DNA of 64,000 bases from Candidatus Levybacteria bacterium RIFCSPLOWO2_12_FULL_41_12 (GTDB taxonomy: Bacteria; Patescibacteriota; Microgenomatia; Levybacterales; UBA12049). The notes under the pieces were generated by a model that saw nothing but the letters and a program-made list of their open reading frames with translations, made no database searches and was not told the origin of the DNA. The DNA lies in assembly GCA_001784155.1 (NCBI GenBank), contig MFPL01000002.1:34012-98011 (forward strand). Reading direction: 5' to 3'. Below, in pieces: positions 36,367-48,200 of this stretch. The translations under genes were made by a program, and so were the position numbers. Each line of letters starts with the position of its first letter. Positions within the stretch are counted from its first letter, which is position 1.

Positions 36367-36823
36367 TTTCTGATACTTCTTTTAGCGCTTTTTTCTCTTC
36401 CTCCGAGAGCTCGTGCTCTGCTCCTTTACCTGCGATAATTTTCTTCGCATACCACCTGGCACCTGACCTAGAATAAAGACCGGATATTAAAACTCCCGTG
36501 TTATTTCCGTCTAAGAGAGACAAAATAAAACTCTGGTCTCCTCCGGTGTCTTTAAACGGATTAAACCTGAGTAACCCGATCTTCTGAATATGAAAACGGC
36601 TGTCTTTTTCTATTTTAGCACAATACCTGATTATATCTTCAAGATCTTTTTTTGACTTTGCCGAATCTCTGAGAAGCGACTCCAAAACAGACTTGAGGCT
36701 TTTTTCGCTTACGCCTTTAGTAAGCCTATTATAGTGTCCCTGTGTTCTCCAGAATAAGAAAGTTATGACAAGAAGCCAAATAAAAATTACTCCCAATAGA
36801 ATGAGAGTATAGTCGAACACCAT
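36350..36823 (-). CDS. DUF4446-family membrane protein
   Basis: N-terminal TM helix plus the block IGLLRFNPFKDTGGDQSFILSLLDGNNTGVLISGLYSRSGARWYAK. Confidence 0.65.
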   Translation of the reverse strand: MVFDYTLILLGVIFIWLLVITFLFWRTQGHYNRLTKGVSEKSLKSVLESLLRDSAKSKKDLEDIIRYCAKIEKDSRFHIQKIGLLRFNPFKDTGGDQSFILSLLDGNNTGVLISGLYSRSGARWYAKKIIAGKGAEHELSEEEKKALKEVSENESKK

Positions 36824-36910
36824 AGATACTCAGTATATTAGCCTCTTGACATATCTTGTGTCAATAGTGTAATCTTAGCCATAAAGTGAGCCTAGATAGG
36901 CTCAAACCAT

Positions 36911-37171
36911 TTGAGAATGTCAAAAAAGAAAAAAACTCTCAAGCAAAAGATCACAGCTGATCTAAGACATGCTCAATACAGACTCGAACTGCCCGATTAT
37001 AAGGACGACATAGAGCCTGCAGTAGTTAAATCTTCTGTGCCGCGCACCCAGATTCTTCTCTACAAGGATTTAAGAAAAACCGTAGTCACCTCCATTCTGA
37101 TAATTACATCTCAAGTTGTTTTATATTTTCTCTTAAAAAACGGAGCTATCAAGCTGCCTTTTACTTACTAG
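36911..37171 (+). CDS. Hypothetical small protein with C-terminal TM helix
   Basis: 86 aa ORF. No motif. Confidence 0.3.
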   Translation: MRMSKKKKTLKQKITADLRHAQYRLELPDYKDDIEPAVVKSSVPRTQILLYKDLRKTVVTSILIITSQVVLYFLLKNGAIKLPFTY

Positions 37172-37197
37172 TAAACCTGAAAGGAGGTGAATGAAAA

Positions 37198-37341
37198 ATG
37201 GCATCAATGTATTGTGTTAAATGTAGAGCAAAGAGAGACGATCCTAACGCAGAGAGAGTAACAATGAAAAACGGCAAACCGGCTCTCAAAGGAAAGTGTC
37301 CAGTTTGTGGAACCGGAATGTATAAGATCGGATCTGCATAG
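37198..37341 (+). CDS. 47-aa zinc-ribbon mini-protein (CxxC...CxxC)
   Basis: Not in the ORF track. MASMYCVKCRAKRDDPNAERVTMKNGKPALKGKCPVCGTGMYKIGSA. Strong SD AAAGGAGGTGA 7 nt upstream. Followed by a strong intrinsic terminator. Confidence 0.6.
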   Translation: MASMYCVKCRAKRDDPNAERVTMKNGKPALKGKCPVCGTGMYKIGSA

Positions 37342-37393
37342 AATAAATCTTTCTTGAAGACCTCACAAATTCTTCAAGAAACACATTTGAAAA

Positions 37394-37421
37394 ACCCCTC
37401 CATTTGGACGGGGTTTTTCTT
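37394..37421 (+). terminator. Rho-independent terminator
   Basis: ACCCCTCC-ATTT-GGACGGGG followed by TTTTTCTT. An additional upstream 8-bp hairpin CTTGAAGA...TCTTCAAG. Confidence 0.65.
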
Positions 37422-37465
37422 CGGTCTATTCTAAGTAGCGGTCTTTGTGGTCGCAGTAAAGCAAA

Positions 37466-39076
37466 CTATTCGTTTTCTCTAAAATGTTTTAGTCTGATAA
37501 TCTTAACGACTGAGAAATTCCACTCAGCGTCTATCTCGCTTCTGCCGAATCCTGCTATTTCCCACTTAGCTTGACCTAATGGCTCACAGGGAAGCGTCTC
37601 GCAAACTATCAGGAGTTGGTCTGTAACTGTCTTCCTTTCCGGGTCCAAAGCCGGCGTTTCGATTACAGTAGGTTCTTTCCCTGCGAGTTTGAAGAAATAT
37701 CTATATGCATAGTCAGAGTTACCCCCCGTCACTATAGCAAAATTAAATGGCCGCTCTCCTGCAGTAGATAAAACGAGATTGGAAATATCTCTAATCTGTT
37801 TTACCTGCTGATTTTGACCTCTTTTGACCGGAGTATTATGAAGACTCATAAAAGCTAGAATACCAAGCAATAAAACCGCACTGAGTCGCATTAGAGATGG
37901 GTTTATGTTTCTAAACCTAGTCTCCCAAAGCTTCGAAACGAAGTTACCTACCAGAAGAAAAGGTAAGGGGAAAATTATTCCTAAGTAATAATCGTAAACA
38001 TCTTTATTGTAAAAGCCAAAAAGCACTAGGGGAACAAAAAACCAAAGAAAAAGGAAAAGAGATTTCTTAGAAAATACATCTCCCTTCCTAAGCAACGAAA
38101 CAAAAAGGGTGGTTGATAAAACAGCCAAAATAATTGCAAATACCATCCATAAGAACAGCGCTCCGTTACTATATTCGTAGAAATGCGCGGGGAGTGGATA
38201 ATTTGCTACAAGACCTGCAAAAAGCCTTTCGAAGACGTGCCAGACTTGAGGAACAAAAGAGATTCCTAAACCCGTTTCTTCCGAGGACAGAATGAATCTC
38301 AATATATTTTTTGTGTTTAATAGATCGTGGCGGAACTCAAAAAGCAGAAAAGGCAAAAAGCCCATAACAAATCCCAAGAAAACGGAGATAGAGTTCAGCG
38401 CAAAACGCATTGCTTTGTTTATAAATCTGTCCGAGTGACCCAGAAACGCAGTTGCCGCGACATACAAGAACATAACCACTCCCATGAAAGACGCTAAGTA
38501 ATGAAGCTGCATGAGTATTCCGAAAGAAAAGCCAGACCCGATAAGAAAAAGCTTTTTATTTCGCGCTATCCCTTTATATAAAAGGTATAGCGTAACTATT
38601 GAGAAGAAAGGAACGATGTTGGGATTCCATGAAGACTTGGAGTATATAATTACAACCGGGGAGATAGCATACAGGAATGAGGCAATAAGTCCTGCCCTTT
38701 CGCCAAAAAATTCTTTACCGATTTTATAGACTAGAAAAACTGTCGCGATTCCAAATAACGCGACCATAATTGATGGGCCGACAGGATTGTACTTAGATAA
38801 GTAAAGGAATGGGGCGGCAAAATAGTAATATATCGGACCCAAGAAGAAACCTCCCACAGAAGATGCAGGACCCAGTAAAGTCAGGTGCCCATGCAAAATG
38901 TCATAAATCGCAAGCATATCCCTTCCCTCGTCTCCCAGAAAAGTCATATATTGCTCGACCTTGTAGAGCCGCAGAAAAGATGCGAATAGAAGAATTAGTG
39001 TCAATATGACATGCGGAGGCCTTAACCTACCCATTTTTGAAGCTTGGAAAGAGAAGAAACGTGCCATCTTTTCCAT
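37466..39076 (-). CDS. GT39/GT83-type (ArnT/PMT-like) polyprenyl-phosphate-sugar-dependent glycosyltransferase
   Basis: Multi-TM. N-terminal FLGDEGRDMLAIYDILHGHL loop typical of ArnT/PMT family GT-C enzymes. The start may be the internal Met at 39034, since the listed start overlaps the upstream GT2 gene by 55 nt. Confidence 0.85.
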   Translation of the reverse strand: MEKMARFFSFQASKMGRLRPPHVILTLILLFASFLRLYKVEQYMTFLGDEGRDMLAIYDILHGHLTLLGPASSVGGFFLGPIYYYFAAPFLYLSKYNPVGPSIMVALFGIATVFLVYKIGKEFFGERAGLIASFLYAISPVVIIYSKSSWNPNIVPFFSIVTLYLLYKGIARNKKLFLIGSGFSFGILMQLHYLASFMGVVMFLYVAATAFLGHSDRFINKAMRFALNSISVFLGFVMGFLPFLLFEFRHDLLNTKNILRFILSSEETGLGISFVPQVWHVFERLFAGLVANYPLPAHFYEYSNGALFLWMVFAIILAVLSTTLFVSLLRKGDVFSKKSLFLFLWFFVPLVLFGFYNKDVYDYYLGIIFPLPFLLVGNFVSKLWETRFRNINPSLMRLSAVLLLGILAFMSLHNTPVKRGQNQQVKQIRDISNLVLSTAGERPFNFAIVTGGNSDYAYRYFFKLAGKEPTVIETPALDPERKTVTDQLLIVCETLPCEPLGQAKWEIAGFGRSEIDAEWNFSVVKIIRLKHFRENE

Positions 39077-40185
39077 ATAAATATATTATACATAGTATAA
39101 CTGTAAGGAATAACAAACAGACCAATTGCAAGTATTAAGAACAATTGTCTCGTTTCCTCTCCGAAAAGATGAGTTCCAATAAATAATACTGTTGTAATTA
39201 TCACGAGAGATCCAGCAGAAACTAGATTAAACTGAGGGAATTTTAGAAGAACTCTCAATGGGTGAGTGATTTTATAGCTTCCGAATGCCCAGAAGTTATT
39301 GATAGTAAAGTTCCAAATAATTGAAAGCTCGGCTCCTATTGCGCCTGCTGCCGCGGGATGAAACCCCCGCCTAAAAAGAACTTCAAGCGTAATCGCGTTT
39401 ATTATATAGCCAACGAATCCGGTTATAGCGTATTTCAGAAAAGGCGAGTGCACAAGCTCTCTTGCCCGAGCAACAGTAACATACTTAAGAAGGTTTAATA
39501 TATATTCAGCTGGCGCGATTTTCGACCTTCCCAGAAATCTGTCCTTAGCATGAAAGGGAACTTCAGTTATTCTAAACCCATCTGCAACGGCTTTATGAAG
39601 AAAAGCTACTTGAAAAGTGTACCCCGCATATTTTGAAAGCTTTGACTTCTCCTTCAGGAATACTTCCTTTTTGATCGCTCTGTAACCACCAGTCCAATCA
39701 TGAATCCAGAACCTCATTAGTATTCCTTTTACCATTAGGTTACCTATGAGAGACAATATCTTTCTGTGAGTTCCCCAATTGTCAGGAATTCCTCCGCCTT
39801 TTATGTATCTGCTCCCTACTACAAAATCGTATCCTTCATCGATTTTTTTCAAGAATTCCGGAATTTTCTGAGGGTCGTGGAAAAAATCAGCATCCATCTC
39901 AAACATTATGTCCGCCCCCATTTCATCGACTGCATAATTCATTGCTCTTATGTAGGCAGCACCGAGCCCCTTCTTTGGACCCGTTGTGAGACCTATATTC
40001 TTCCACTTTTTCATCATATTTTTTATTTCTTCGGCAGTACCGTCCGGAGAGTTATCGTCTGCGATCAATATATACATATCGTATTTTTTCAATTCTGGAA
40101 AAATCTCATTTTCAATAAGAGGGACTAGCTTCTGAATATTCTCTTTTTCGTTATAAGTTGGGATAATTATTACTACCTTCTTCAT
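39022..40185 (-). CDS. GT2 polyprenyl-phosphate sugar synthase (DPM1/ArnC-like) fused to a C-terminal GtrA-like 4-TM domain
   Basis: IIIPTYNEKENI...ADDNSPDGT...DADF catalytic motifs. Four C-terminal TM helices (GtrA type). Confidence 0.85.
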   Translation of the reverse strand: MKKVVIIIPTYNEKENIQKLVPLIENEIFPELKKYDMYILIADDNSPDGTAEEIKNMMKKWKNIGLTTGPKKGLGAAYIRAMNYAVDEMGADIMFEMDADFFHDPQKIPEFLKKIDEGYDFVVGSRYIKGGGIPDNWGTHRKILSLIGNLMVKGILMRFWIHDWTGGYRAIKKEVFLKEKSKLSKYAGYTFQVAFLHKAVADGFRITEVPFHAKDRFLGRSKIAPAEYILNLLKYVTVARARELVHSPFLKYAITGFVGYIINAITLEVLFRRGFHPAAAGAIGAELSIIWNFTINNFWAFGSYKITHPLRVLLKFPQFNLVSAGSLVIITTVLFIGTHLFGEETRQLFLILAIGLFVIPYSYTMYNIFIWKRWHVSSLSKLQKWVG

Positions 40186-41134
40186 TAATTTTTAAAGTAT
40201 TGTATTGTTTTTAGAAGACCTTCTTCAAGAGGCACTTTTGGTTCCCAATCCAAAAGAGTCTTTGCTTTTGAAATGTCGGGTTTTCTACGAATCGGATCAT
40301 CTTCTGGTAATTTCTCTGAGAAGATTATTTCGCTACTTGAAACGGTTAATTTTTTAACAAGCTCTGCGAATTCAAGAACCGTATGTTCCTCCCCGGAGCC
40401 GATGTTTACCACTTCGCCTTTTGTTCCATCTCCAAACATTAGTCTTACAAGCCCCAAAACAGTATCTTCTACAAAACACAGTGATCTGGTCTGACTACCA
40501 TCTCCAAAAATCGTTATAGGTTCTCCGCGCAAAGCCTGTGTAATGAAAATTATTATCATTCGCATATCTTCCTTCATCATTCTTGGCCCATATGTGTTGA
40601 ATATCCTTGCAATTTTAGTATCTAGTTTTTTATTTCTTGAAAAATATGCAGTTATGGTTTCTCCAAATCTTTTAGATTCATCGTATATAGAGCGCGGACC
40701 GGTCGTCGAAACATTTCCTCTGTATTCTTCTTTTTGGGGATGCTCAAGCGGATCACCGTAAACCTCAGAGGAAGACGCAAACAAGAACTTTGCGTTATTT
40801 TTTTCTGCAAATTTAAGAAGCTCAAGCGTACCGGTAGTGTTGGCGAGCATGGTTTCAAGAGGCAAGGAGTGATAACTTATCTTGCTATGATGGTTTGGCG
40901 ATGCCGGAGATGCTAGATGAAAAACGTGAGTCACCTTAAAGTCCAATTTCAGCGGTTCACAAATGTCATGATTTATTGACGAAAAGCTTTTGTTATCCCT
41001 AAGATGACTTATGTTTTCAAGACTACTGGTTAGGAAATTGTCAACACAAACTACAGAGTAACCCTCTTTTAGAAGCTTATCGCAAAGATGCGAACCCAAG
41101 AAACCGGCTCCCCCGGCGACTAAAACTGTTTCCA

Positions 41135-41135
<1 letters not shown>
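40185..41135 (-). CDS. uxs: UDP-glucuronate decarboxylase (UDP-xylose synthase-like SDR)
   Basis: VLVAGGAGFLGSHLCDKLLKEGYSVVCVDNFLTSS Rossmann N-terminus and YxxxK, typical of the UXS/ArnA-decarboxylase clade. Confidence 0.75.
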
Positions 41136-43062
<1,927 letters not shown>

Positions 43063-43102
43063 AAACTTTTGCCTGCCCGCCGAAGCTTTGTGCGAAGGCG
43101 GG

Positions 43103-44392
43103 TCATCTGCCTACCCCTATGTAAGAAAATCCAGCTTTTACTATTTCCGAAGGCTCATAAATGTTACGCGTATCAATAATACTTAAGGTCTTCATTCGCT
43201 TCTTAATCTCCCCTAAATCAATTTCTTTAAAATCATTCCAATCAGTTAATACTATTAATAGATCTGCGCCGTCGGCAACCGAATACATGTCTCTTGCATA
43301 TTCAATTTTTGGCAAAACTGTCTTGGCGTTACCCATTGCTTGAGGATCAAAAGCACAAATTTGCGCTCCGTCATTTACTAAGAGCGTTATGATGTCTATC
43401 GCTGGTGCGTCTCTCATGTCATCAGTATTGGGTTTAAACGCTAATCCTAAGATTCCAATTTTTTTACCTCGCAGCTCTCCAAGAGCTTTTCTTGCTTTTT
43501 TTACAACATCCCTTCGCATCTGGCTATTTATGTTTTCTACTTCCTCAAGAAGAGAGAAAGCATAATCATTATCTTTCGCAATTGTAATCAAAGCTTTAAC
43601 GTCTTTAGGAAAACAGCTGCCGCCGTACCCGGGTCCTGGAGAAAGAAATAAACTGCCAATTCTCTTGTCCATGCCAATTCCTTCCAAAACCTTCAGCGCA
43701 TCAGCTCCCAGTAATTCAGAAAGCTTTGCTATGGCATTTGCATAGGAAATTTTAAGAGCCAGGAATGAATTTGCGGCGTACTTTATAAGCTCTGCCGTCT
43801 CAAAATTGGTCAAAACAACAGGCGCCTTAATCGGCTCGTGTAATTTTATAAGAAGCTTCTGTGCGCGGCTGTCCGAAGCTCCAATTACAATTCTGTCTGG
43901 GTTAACCGTATCAGAAATTGCGCTTCCTTCACGCAGAAATTCAGGAACTGACGCATAGCTTACTTCCGCTCCCTTAGGCTTTGATTCGGCCAAAATTCTT
44001 TGTACTTTTTTATTCGTTCCGGCTGGAACGGTACTTTTTGTTGCAACAACTGTGTAGCCCTTAAGGTTTTTGCCTATTTTTTCTGCCACGTCAAGAACTG
44101 TTGATAGATCTGCGTCTCCTGTTGTTGTTGAAGGTGTTCCGACTGCAATGAAAACAACGTCAGCCTCCGGTATTACTTTATCAAAAGACAGGGTAAACAT
44201 TAAACGCCCTGCATCAATGTTCTTTTTAACAAGCTCGCTTAGGCCGGGCTCAAAGATTGGGATTATTCCTTTTTTTAAGTTCTCTATTTTCTCAGGCGTA
44301 TGTCCAACAACATTCACCGTGTTTCCTAAATCCGCAAATACAGCTGCTGTTACTAAACCCACGTATCCGTGTCCGATGAAAGTTATAGTCAT
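43103..44392 (-). CDS. ugd: UDP-glucose 6-dehydrogenase family (UDP-glucose/GDP-mannose dehydrogenase)
   Basis: N-terminal GxGYVG Rossmann. Catalytic Cys in GGSCFPKD. C-terminal UDP-binding domain. Confidence 0.85.
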   Translation of the reverse strand: MTITFIGHGYVGLVTAAVFADLGNTVNVVGHTPEKIENLKKGIIPIFEPGLSELVKKNIDAGRLMFTLSFDKVIPEADVVFIAVGTPSTTTGDADLSTVLDVAEKIGKNLKGYTVVATKSTVPAGTNKKVQRILAESKPKGAEVSYASVPEFLREGSAISDTVNPDRIVIGASDSRAQKLLIKLHEPIKAPVVLTNFETAELIKYAANSFLALKISYANAIAKLSELLGADALKVLEGIGMDKRIGSLFLSPGPGYGGSCFPKDVKALITIAKDNDYAFSLLEEVENINSQMRRDVVKKARKALGELRGKKIGILGLAFKPNTDDMRDAPAIDIITLLVNDGAQICAFDPQAMGNAKTVLPKIEYARDMYSVADGADLLIVLTDWNDFKEIDLGEIKKRMKTLSIIDTRNIYEPSEIVKAGFSYIGVGR

Positions 44393-44396
44393 ATGG

Positions 44397-45281
44397 TTAG
44401 GGGTTTAATTGGTTTTTTGATTCCCCAATTCCTTCCTTAAAAGATCGCATCCTAATTCCCAGCTTTCCTATTTTACCATTATTAAGCTCCAAATTAAAAG
44501 GTCTCGGAGCGCTTCCCTTAAAAAATTCTTCTCTAGTTATGGGATTTATTAGCCTTAGATCAAAATCAAAGGTTTGGGCAATTAAGATAGCGGCATCATA
44601 GGGAGATAAAGCCTGACCCCCTACCGCATGGTAAATCCCTACAGCGTCAATGGAAATTAATTCTTTTATTACAGGAACCAAATCGTCTATAAAAGTGGGG
44701 CAGAAAACGTGATCTGTCACTGCTTTTACAGATTCTCCGTTAATAAGCTTCTCTTTAATCGATCTGGAAAAATCCCCTCTTTTATCAGACTCTGCTCTAT
44801 AGGGATATGCAATCCTGAGTATTGCATAGTCGGCCCCGCTTCGCTCAACTACCCTCTCACCTTCATACTTTGTCTTCGCGTACCAATTTATTGGATTCGG
44901 AATGTCCTCTTCGTCGTAAGAATCTCCTTCTGGTTTTTCTCCGTCAAAAACAAAGTCCGTTGAAACATAAATTATCTTCTTGCCTGTTTCCCGGCAAACT
45001 TCAGCTACGTTTTTCGGCCCCAGTACATTAACTCTCCACGCTTCACCTTGCTCTCCCAGGTCTTTATCCAGCTCACAGCTGTCCACATTGGTTTTCGCAG
45101 CTAAATGCAATACAAAACTTGCGTCTTTATAATCCTTTATTGAAATCAGCGTCTCGGGCTTTGTTATATCTACACCGTTTGAAGTACTAAGGCCTACGAA
45201 TTCATATTTATCGGATAAAAGTTCTTCGATTCTGGACCCAACCAAACCCGAAAGTCCGAATGCTATAATCTGGGGCTTCAT
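44397..45281 (-). CDS. rfbD: dTDP-4-dehydrorhamnose reductase
   Basis: RmlD-type SDR. GLSGLVGSRI N-terminus and YxxxK. Confidence 0.8.
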   Translation of the reverse strand: MKPQIIAFGLSGLVGSRIEELLSDKYEFVGLSTSNGVDITKPETLISIKDYKDASFVLHLAAKTNVDSCELDKDLGEQGEAWRVNVLGPKNVAEVCRETGKKIIYVSTDFVFDGEKPEGDSYDEEDIPNPINWYAKTKYEGERVVERSGADYAILRIAYPYRAESDKRGDFSRSIKEKLINGESVKAVTDHVFCPTFIDDLVPVIKELISIDAVGIYHAVGGQALSPYDAAILIAQTFDFDLRLINPITREEFFKGSAPRPFNLELNNGKIGKLGIRMRSFKEGIGESKNQLNP

Positions 45282-46288
45282 TTTTTGTACTGTTCTTCGT
45301 AATATTTCTTGTACTCTCCGCTTTTAACTTTTTTCCACCAGGCCTCATTCGTCTTATACCATTCGACCGTGGTCTTAAGCCACTCCTCAAAAGTATGCCG
45401 AGGCTCCCACCCGAGCTCGTTTTTGGCTTTTGAGAAGTCTACTGCATAACGACGATCATGTCCTGGCCTATCTTTGACAAATTCTATTACTGTCTCGTCT
45501 TTTCCTAGAAGTCCTGCGATTTTTTTTGCAACCTCAAGATTATTTATATCCTCCGTCATTCCTCCAAGGCAATATGTTTCTCCGATTTTCCCACGGCTAA
45601 GCACAAGATCTATGCCCCGACAGTGATCTTCAACATACAGCCAATCCCTCACATAGAGTCCGTCACCGTAAATTGGGATTTTCTTCTCCTCAAGAACATT
45701 GGTTATAGCAAGGGGTATGATTTTCTCTGGGAATTGATACGGGCCAAAATTGTTTGAACAGTTAGTTATAGTTACCGGAAAATTATATGTATGGAAATAT
45801 GCGCGGACTAAATGATCTGAGGAAGCTTTGCTTGCAGAGTAAGGACTTCTGGGATCGTAGCACGTGCTCTCGTTAAATTTTTCATCCGAATCAAGTTCAA
45901 GCTGACCAAACACCTCGTCTGTCGAAACATGATGAAACCTCTTAATATTATTCTTTCTTGCTGAATCCAGAAGAACCTGAGTGCCTAGCACATTAGACAT
46001 TACAAAAGGAGCTGGTCCTGAAATGGATCTGTCAACGTGTGTTTCTGCAGCGAAATGGACCACTGCATCGACTCCCTCCATAGCGCTATTTACCTCATTT
46101 ACGTTAGCTATGTCTCCTTTTACAAACCTGTAATTGGGGTTTTTCTCAATGCTTATTAAGTTTTCTAAATTTCCGGCATAAGTAAGTGCGTCAAAGTTAA
46201 CGACTTGATCTTCCGGATGATTCTTAAACCAGTAGAGGATAAAGTTTGACCCTATAAAACCCGCTCCGCCTGTTACAAGAAGTCTCAT
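45278..46288 (-). CDS. rfbB: dTDP-glucose 4,6-dehydratase
   Basis: RLLVTGGAGFIGSNF and the conserved TDE/YxxxK catalytic pattern. Confidence 0.9.
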   Translation of the reverse strand: MRLLVTGGAGFIGSNFILYWFKNHPEDQVVNFDALTYAGNLENLISIEKNPNYRFVKGDIANVNEVNSAMEGVDAVVHFAAETHVDRSISGPAPFVMSNVLGTQVLLDSARKNNIKRFHHVSTDEVFGQLELDSDEKFNESTCYDPRSPYSASKASSDHLVRAYFHTYNFPVTITNCSNNFGPYQFPEKIIPLAITNVLEEKKIPIYGDGLYVRDWLYVEDHCRGIDLVLSRGKIGETYCLGGMTEDINNLEVAKKIAGLLGKDETVIEFVKDRPGHDRRYAVDFSKAKNELGWEPRHTFEEWLKTTVEWYKTNEAWWKKVKSGEYKKYYEEQYKK

Positions 46289-47026
46289 TTAGCTTAATTC
46301 CCCGTTTTTAATTTTCTCAGCTATTGTGTTGTTCGCTCGCAATAACTCATCAAACGACGTTCCCGAGTCTACCCACCAATCCAACATGACACACTCCATT
46401 GTTCCTTCCGAAACATAGCGGTTATTCAAATCCGTTACTTCAAGCTCGCCTCTTGCGGAAGGCTTAAGTTTTTTTATGAAATCAAAAACTCTTTGGTCAT
46501 ACATATATATTCCTGTTTGAGCTATGTTAGATTTTGGATGATCGGGTTTTTCCTCAATTGATACAACTTTTCCCTTACTATCGATTTCAATTACACCGTA
46601 ATGTTTTGCGTCTCCGGGAATTTGGGTCCCAAAAACTCTTGCTCCTTTATCTTGTTTTTTAAATTCATCTGCAACCGGTTTCAAATTAAAATTAAAAATG
46701 TTATCTCCTAAAATTACAAGAGTTTTGTCTTTTTCGGCAAAGCTTTCTCCAAGCGCAATTCCCTGCGCAATTCCTCCCGCTTCCTGCTGAATTTCATAAG
46801 TAAGTTTTAATCCAAAATCACTTCCGTTTTTAAGAAGATTCATAAACGCTCCTACATGGGGCGGACCGGTAATAATCAGGACATCTTCGATTCCAGCTTT
46901 TTGCATCGATTCAAGAGGATAATAAATCATTGGTTTATTGTAGATAGGAAGCAGATGTTTATTAGTTACCCAGGTCAAAGGCCTGAGTCTTGTAGCATTT
47001 CCTCCTGCTAAAATTATTCCTTTCAT
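46289..47026 (-). CDS. rfbA: Glucose-1-phosphate thymidylyltransferase-like sugar nucleotidyltransferase
   Basis: MKGIILAGGNATRLRPLT signature. Confidence 0.85.
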   Translation of the reverse strand: MKGIILAGGNATRLRPLTWVTNKHLLPIYNKPMIYYPLESMQKAGIEDVLIITGPPHVGAFMNLLKNGSDFGLKLTYEIQQEAGGIAQGIALGESFAEKDKTLVILGDNIFNFNLKPVADEFKKQDKGARVFGTQIPGDAKHYGVIEIDSKGKVVSIEEKPDHPKSNIAQTGIYMYDQRVFDFIKKLKPSARGELEVTDLNNRYVSEGTMECVMLDWWVDSGTSFDELLRANNTIAEKIKNGELS

Positions 47027-47072
47027 AAATAAATTTTTAAAGCTCCGTTTATAAGAAATATTCTACTATACT

Positions 47073-47106
47073 AATTACAATTTAGTCAAAGAAATTGTAA
47101 TTTAGT
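47073..47106. promoter_or_regulatory. Repeat pair AATTACAATTTAGT-N6-AATTGTAATTTAGT in the divergent rfbA / dehydratase-like promoter region, a putative operator
   Basis: Direct reading. Arms are both inverted (AATTACAATT vs AATTGTAATT) and direct (TTTAGT). TATAAT at 47118-47123 lies 6 nt upstream of ATG 47130. Confidence 0.4.
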
Positions 47107-47129
47107 ACGATATATCTTATAATACTACT

Positions 47130-47930
47130 ATGGGTTTTAACGAGCAACCTTCAACAGTTAGTTATTTAGATTCTCATATAGATACGATGTTAAAAGCACC
47201 TGAATTAACCGGCATAAGAACCTGGTATGAAGGGCAATTAGCAAATCTTGGAGAAATAACCGTAACCCCAGCTCCCCTTACAGACGGAGATAGATGGAGA
47301 AGAGAATTAACTTCAGCCGGTGAGGTAGACAAGGTAGACGGAGCTTTTTTTACTCTCCAGGGACAAGCAATAACAAAATACAATCCTGATGGATCTGTTT
47401 CATCCGGATGGACTCAGCCGGGGCTACTCCAAAAAGAAGGAGAAATTGAAATACCAACCCCAGAAGGATCAAGAAAAATAAAATTCAGTGGGGCTATAGG
47501 CATAATAAAAGACGCAAATGGAAATGTTCTTTTAACTGTAGCTCAAGAACCTTTTGCTCAAACACCCAAAAGAGCTCTTGCAAGAACCCCTTTCCAAACA
47601 TCCTCTACAAAACTTCAGGGAATTGTGGATGGCAACAGAGATCTTGACCCTACGCTTTACGATTTAATTGCGAGTGTTGCTACGGGAAAAAGTCCATCTG
47701 AAATATTCCAAATGGGTGATGTAAGCCTTTTTCCATTATCATATGCCGACGCTAACAGAATTGCTGCAACAAATATAGGATTTGTGCTTGCCGTTACCGA
47801 TGCAAAACTTGCTAAAAAACTTGAAAGTGATGGGAAAAATAGATGGTGTAGCATTGAAGAAGTTAAAGGGTTAACAAAAGCAGGTCTTCTTAATGGGCTT
47901 ACTGCCACTGCAATTTTTGCAACTTCATAA
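47130..47930 (+). CDS. Single-domain NDP-hexose 2,3-dehydratase-like protein
   Basis: Blocks GWTQPGLL, GNVLLTVAQEPFAQ, TPFQTSSTKLQ and C-terminal RWCSIEEVKGL resemble one repeat of EvaA-type hexose 2,3-dehydratases (normally two tandem repeats, ~470 aa). Confidence 0.5.
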   Translation: MGFNEQPSTVSYLDSHIDTMLKAPELTGIRTWYEGQLANLGEITVTPAPLTDGDRWRRELTSAGEVDKVDGAFFTLQGQAITKYNPDGSVSSGWTQPGLLQKEGEIEIPTPEGSRKIKFSGAIGIIKDANGNVLLTVAQEPFAQTPKRALARTPFQTSSTKLQGIVDGNRDLDPTLYDLIASVATGKSPSEIFQMGDVSLFPLSYADANRIAATNIGFVLAVTDAKLAKKLESDGKNRWCSIEEVKGLTKAGLLNGLTATAIFATS

Positions 47931-48200
47931 TCCAATCCCTCCTTTAAGAATTAAGAGCGCTATTGATATTCCAAGAGCACTCATGAGTATATATTCTACC
48001 ATAATTTTTGCTACTAGATCGTGGTTTATGGCGTGATGCATGATGCCCCAGATTGCATAAATCGAGGATGTAACGAAGATCCCCATTAGTTGAAGCTGTC
48101 TGTCTGGGCCTGAGGAATATACAAAATAGAAACCAAGCCCAAGTATCATAATGAGCGAGCCGTAGTATAGTAAGTGTTCATTTATCCTGTTATCCATCAT
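47925..48200 (-). CDS. Small three-TM membrane protein
   Basis: 91 aa hydrophobic ORF. 4-nt overlap with the downstream CAP-domain gene. Confidence 0.4.
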   Translation of the reverse strand: MMDNRINEHLLYYGSLIMILGLGFYFVYSSGPDRQLQLMGIFVTSSIYAIWGIMHHAINHDLVAKIMVEYILMSALGISIALLILKGGIGL

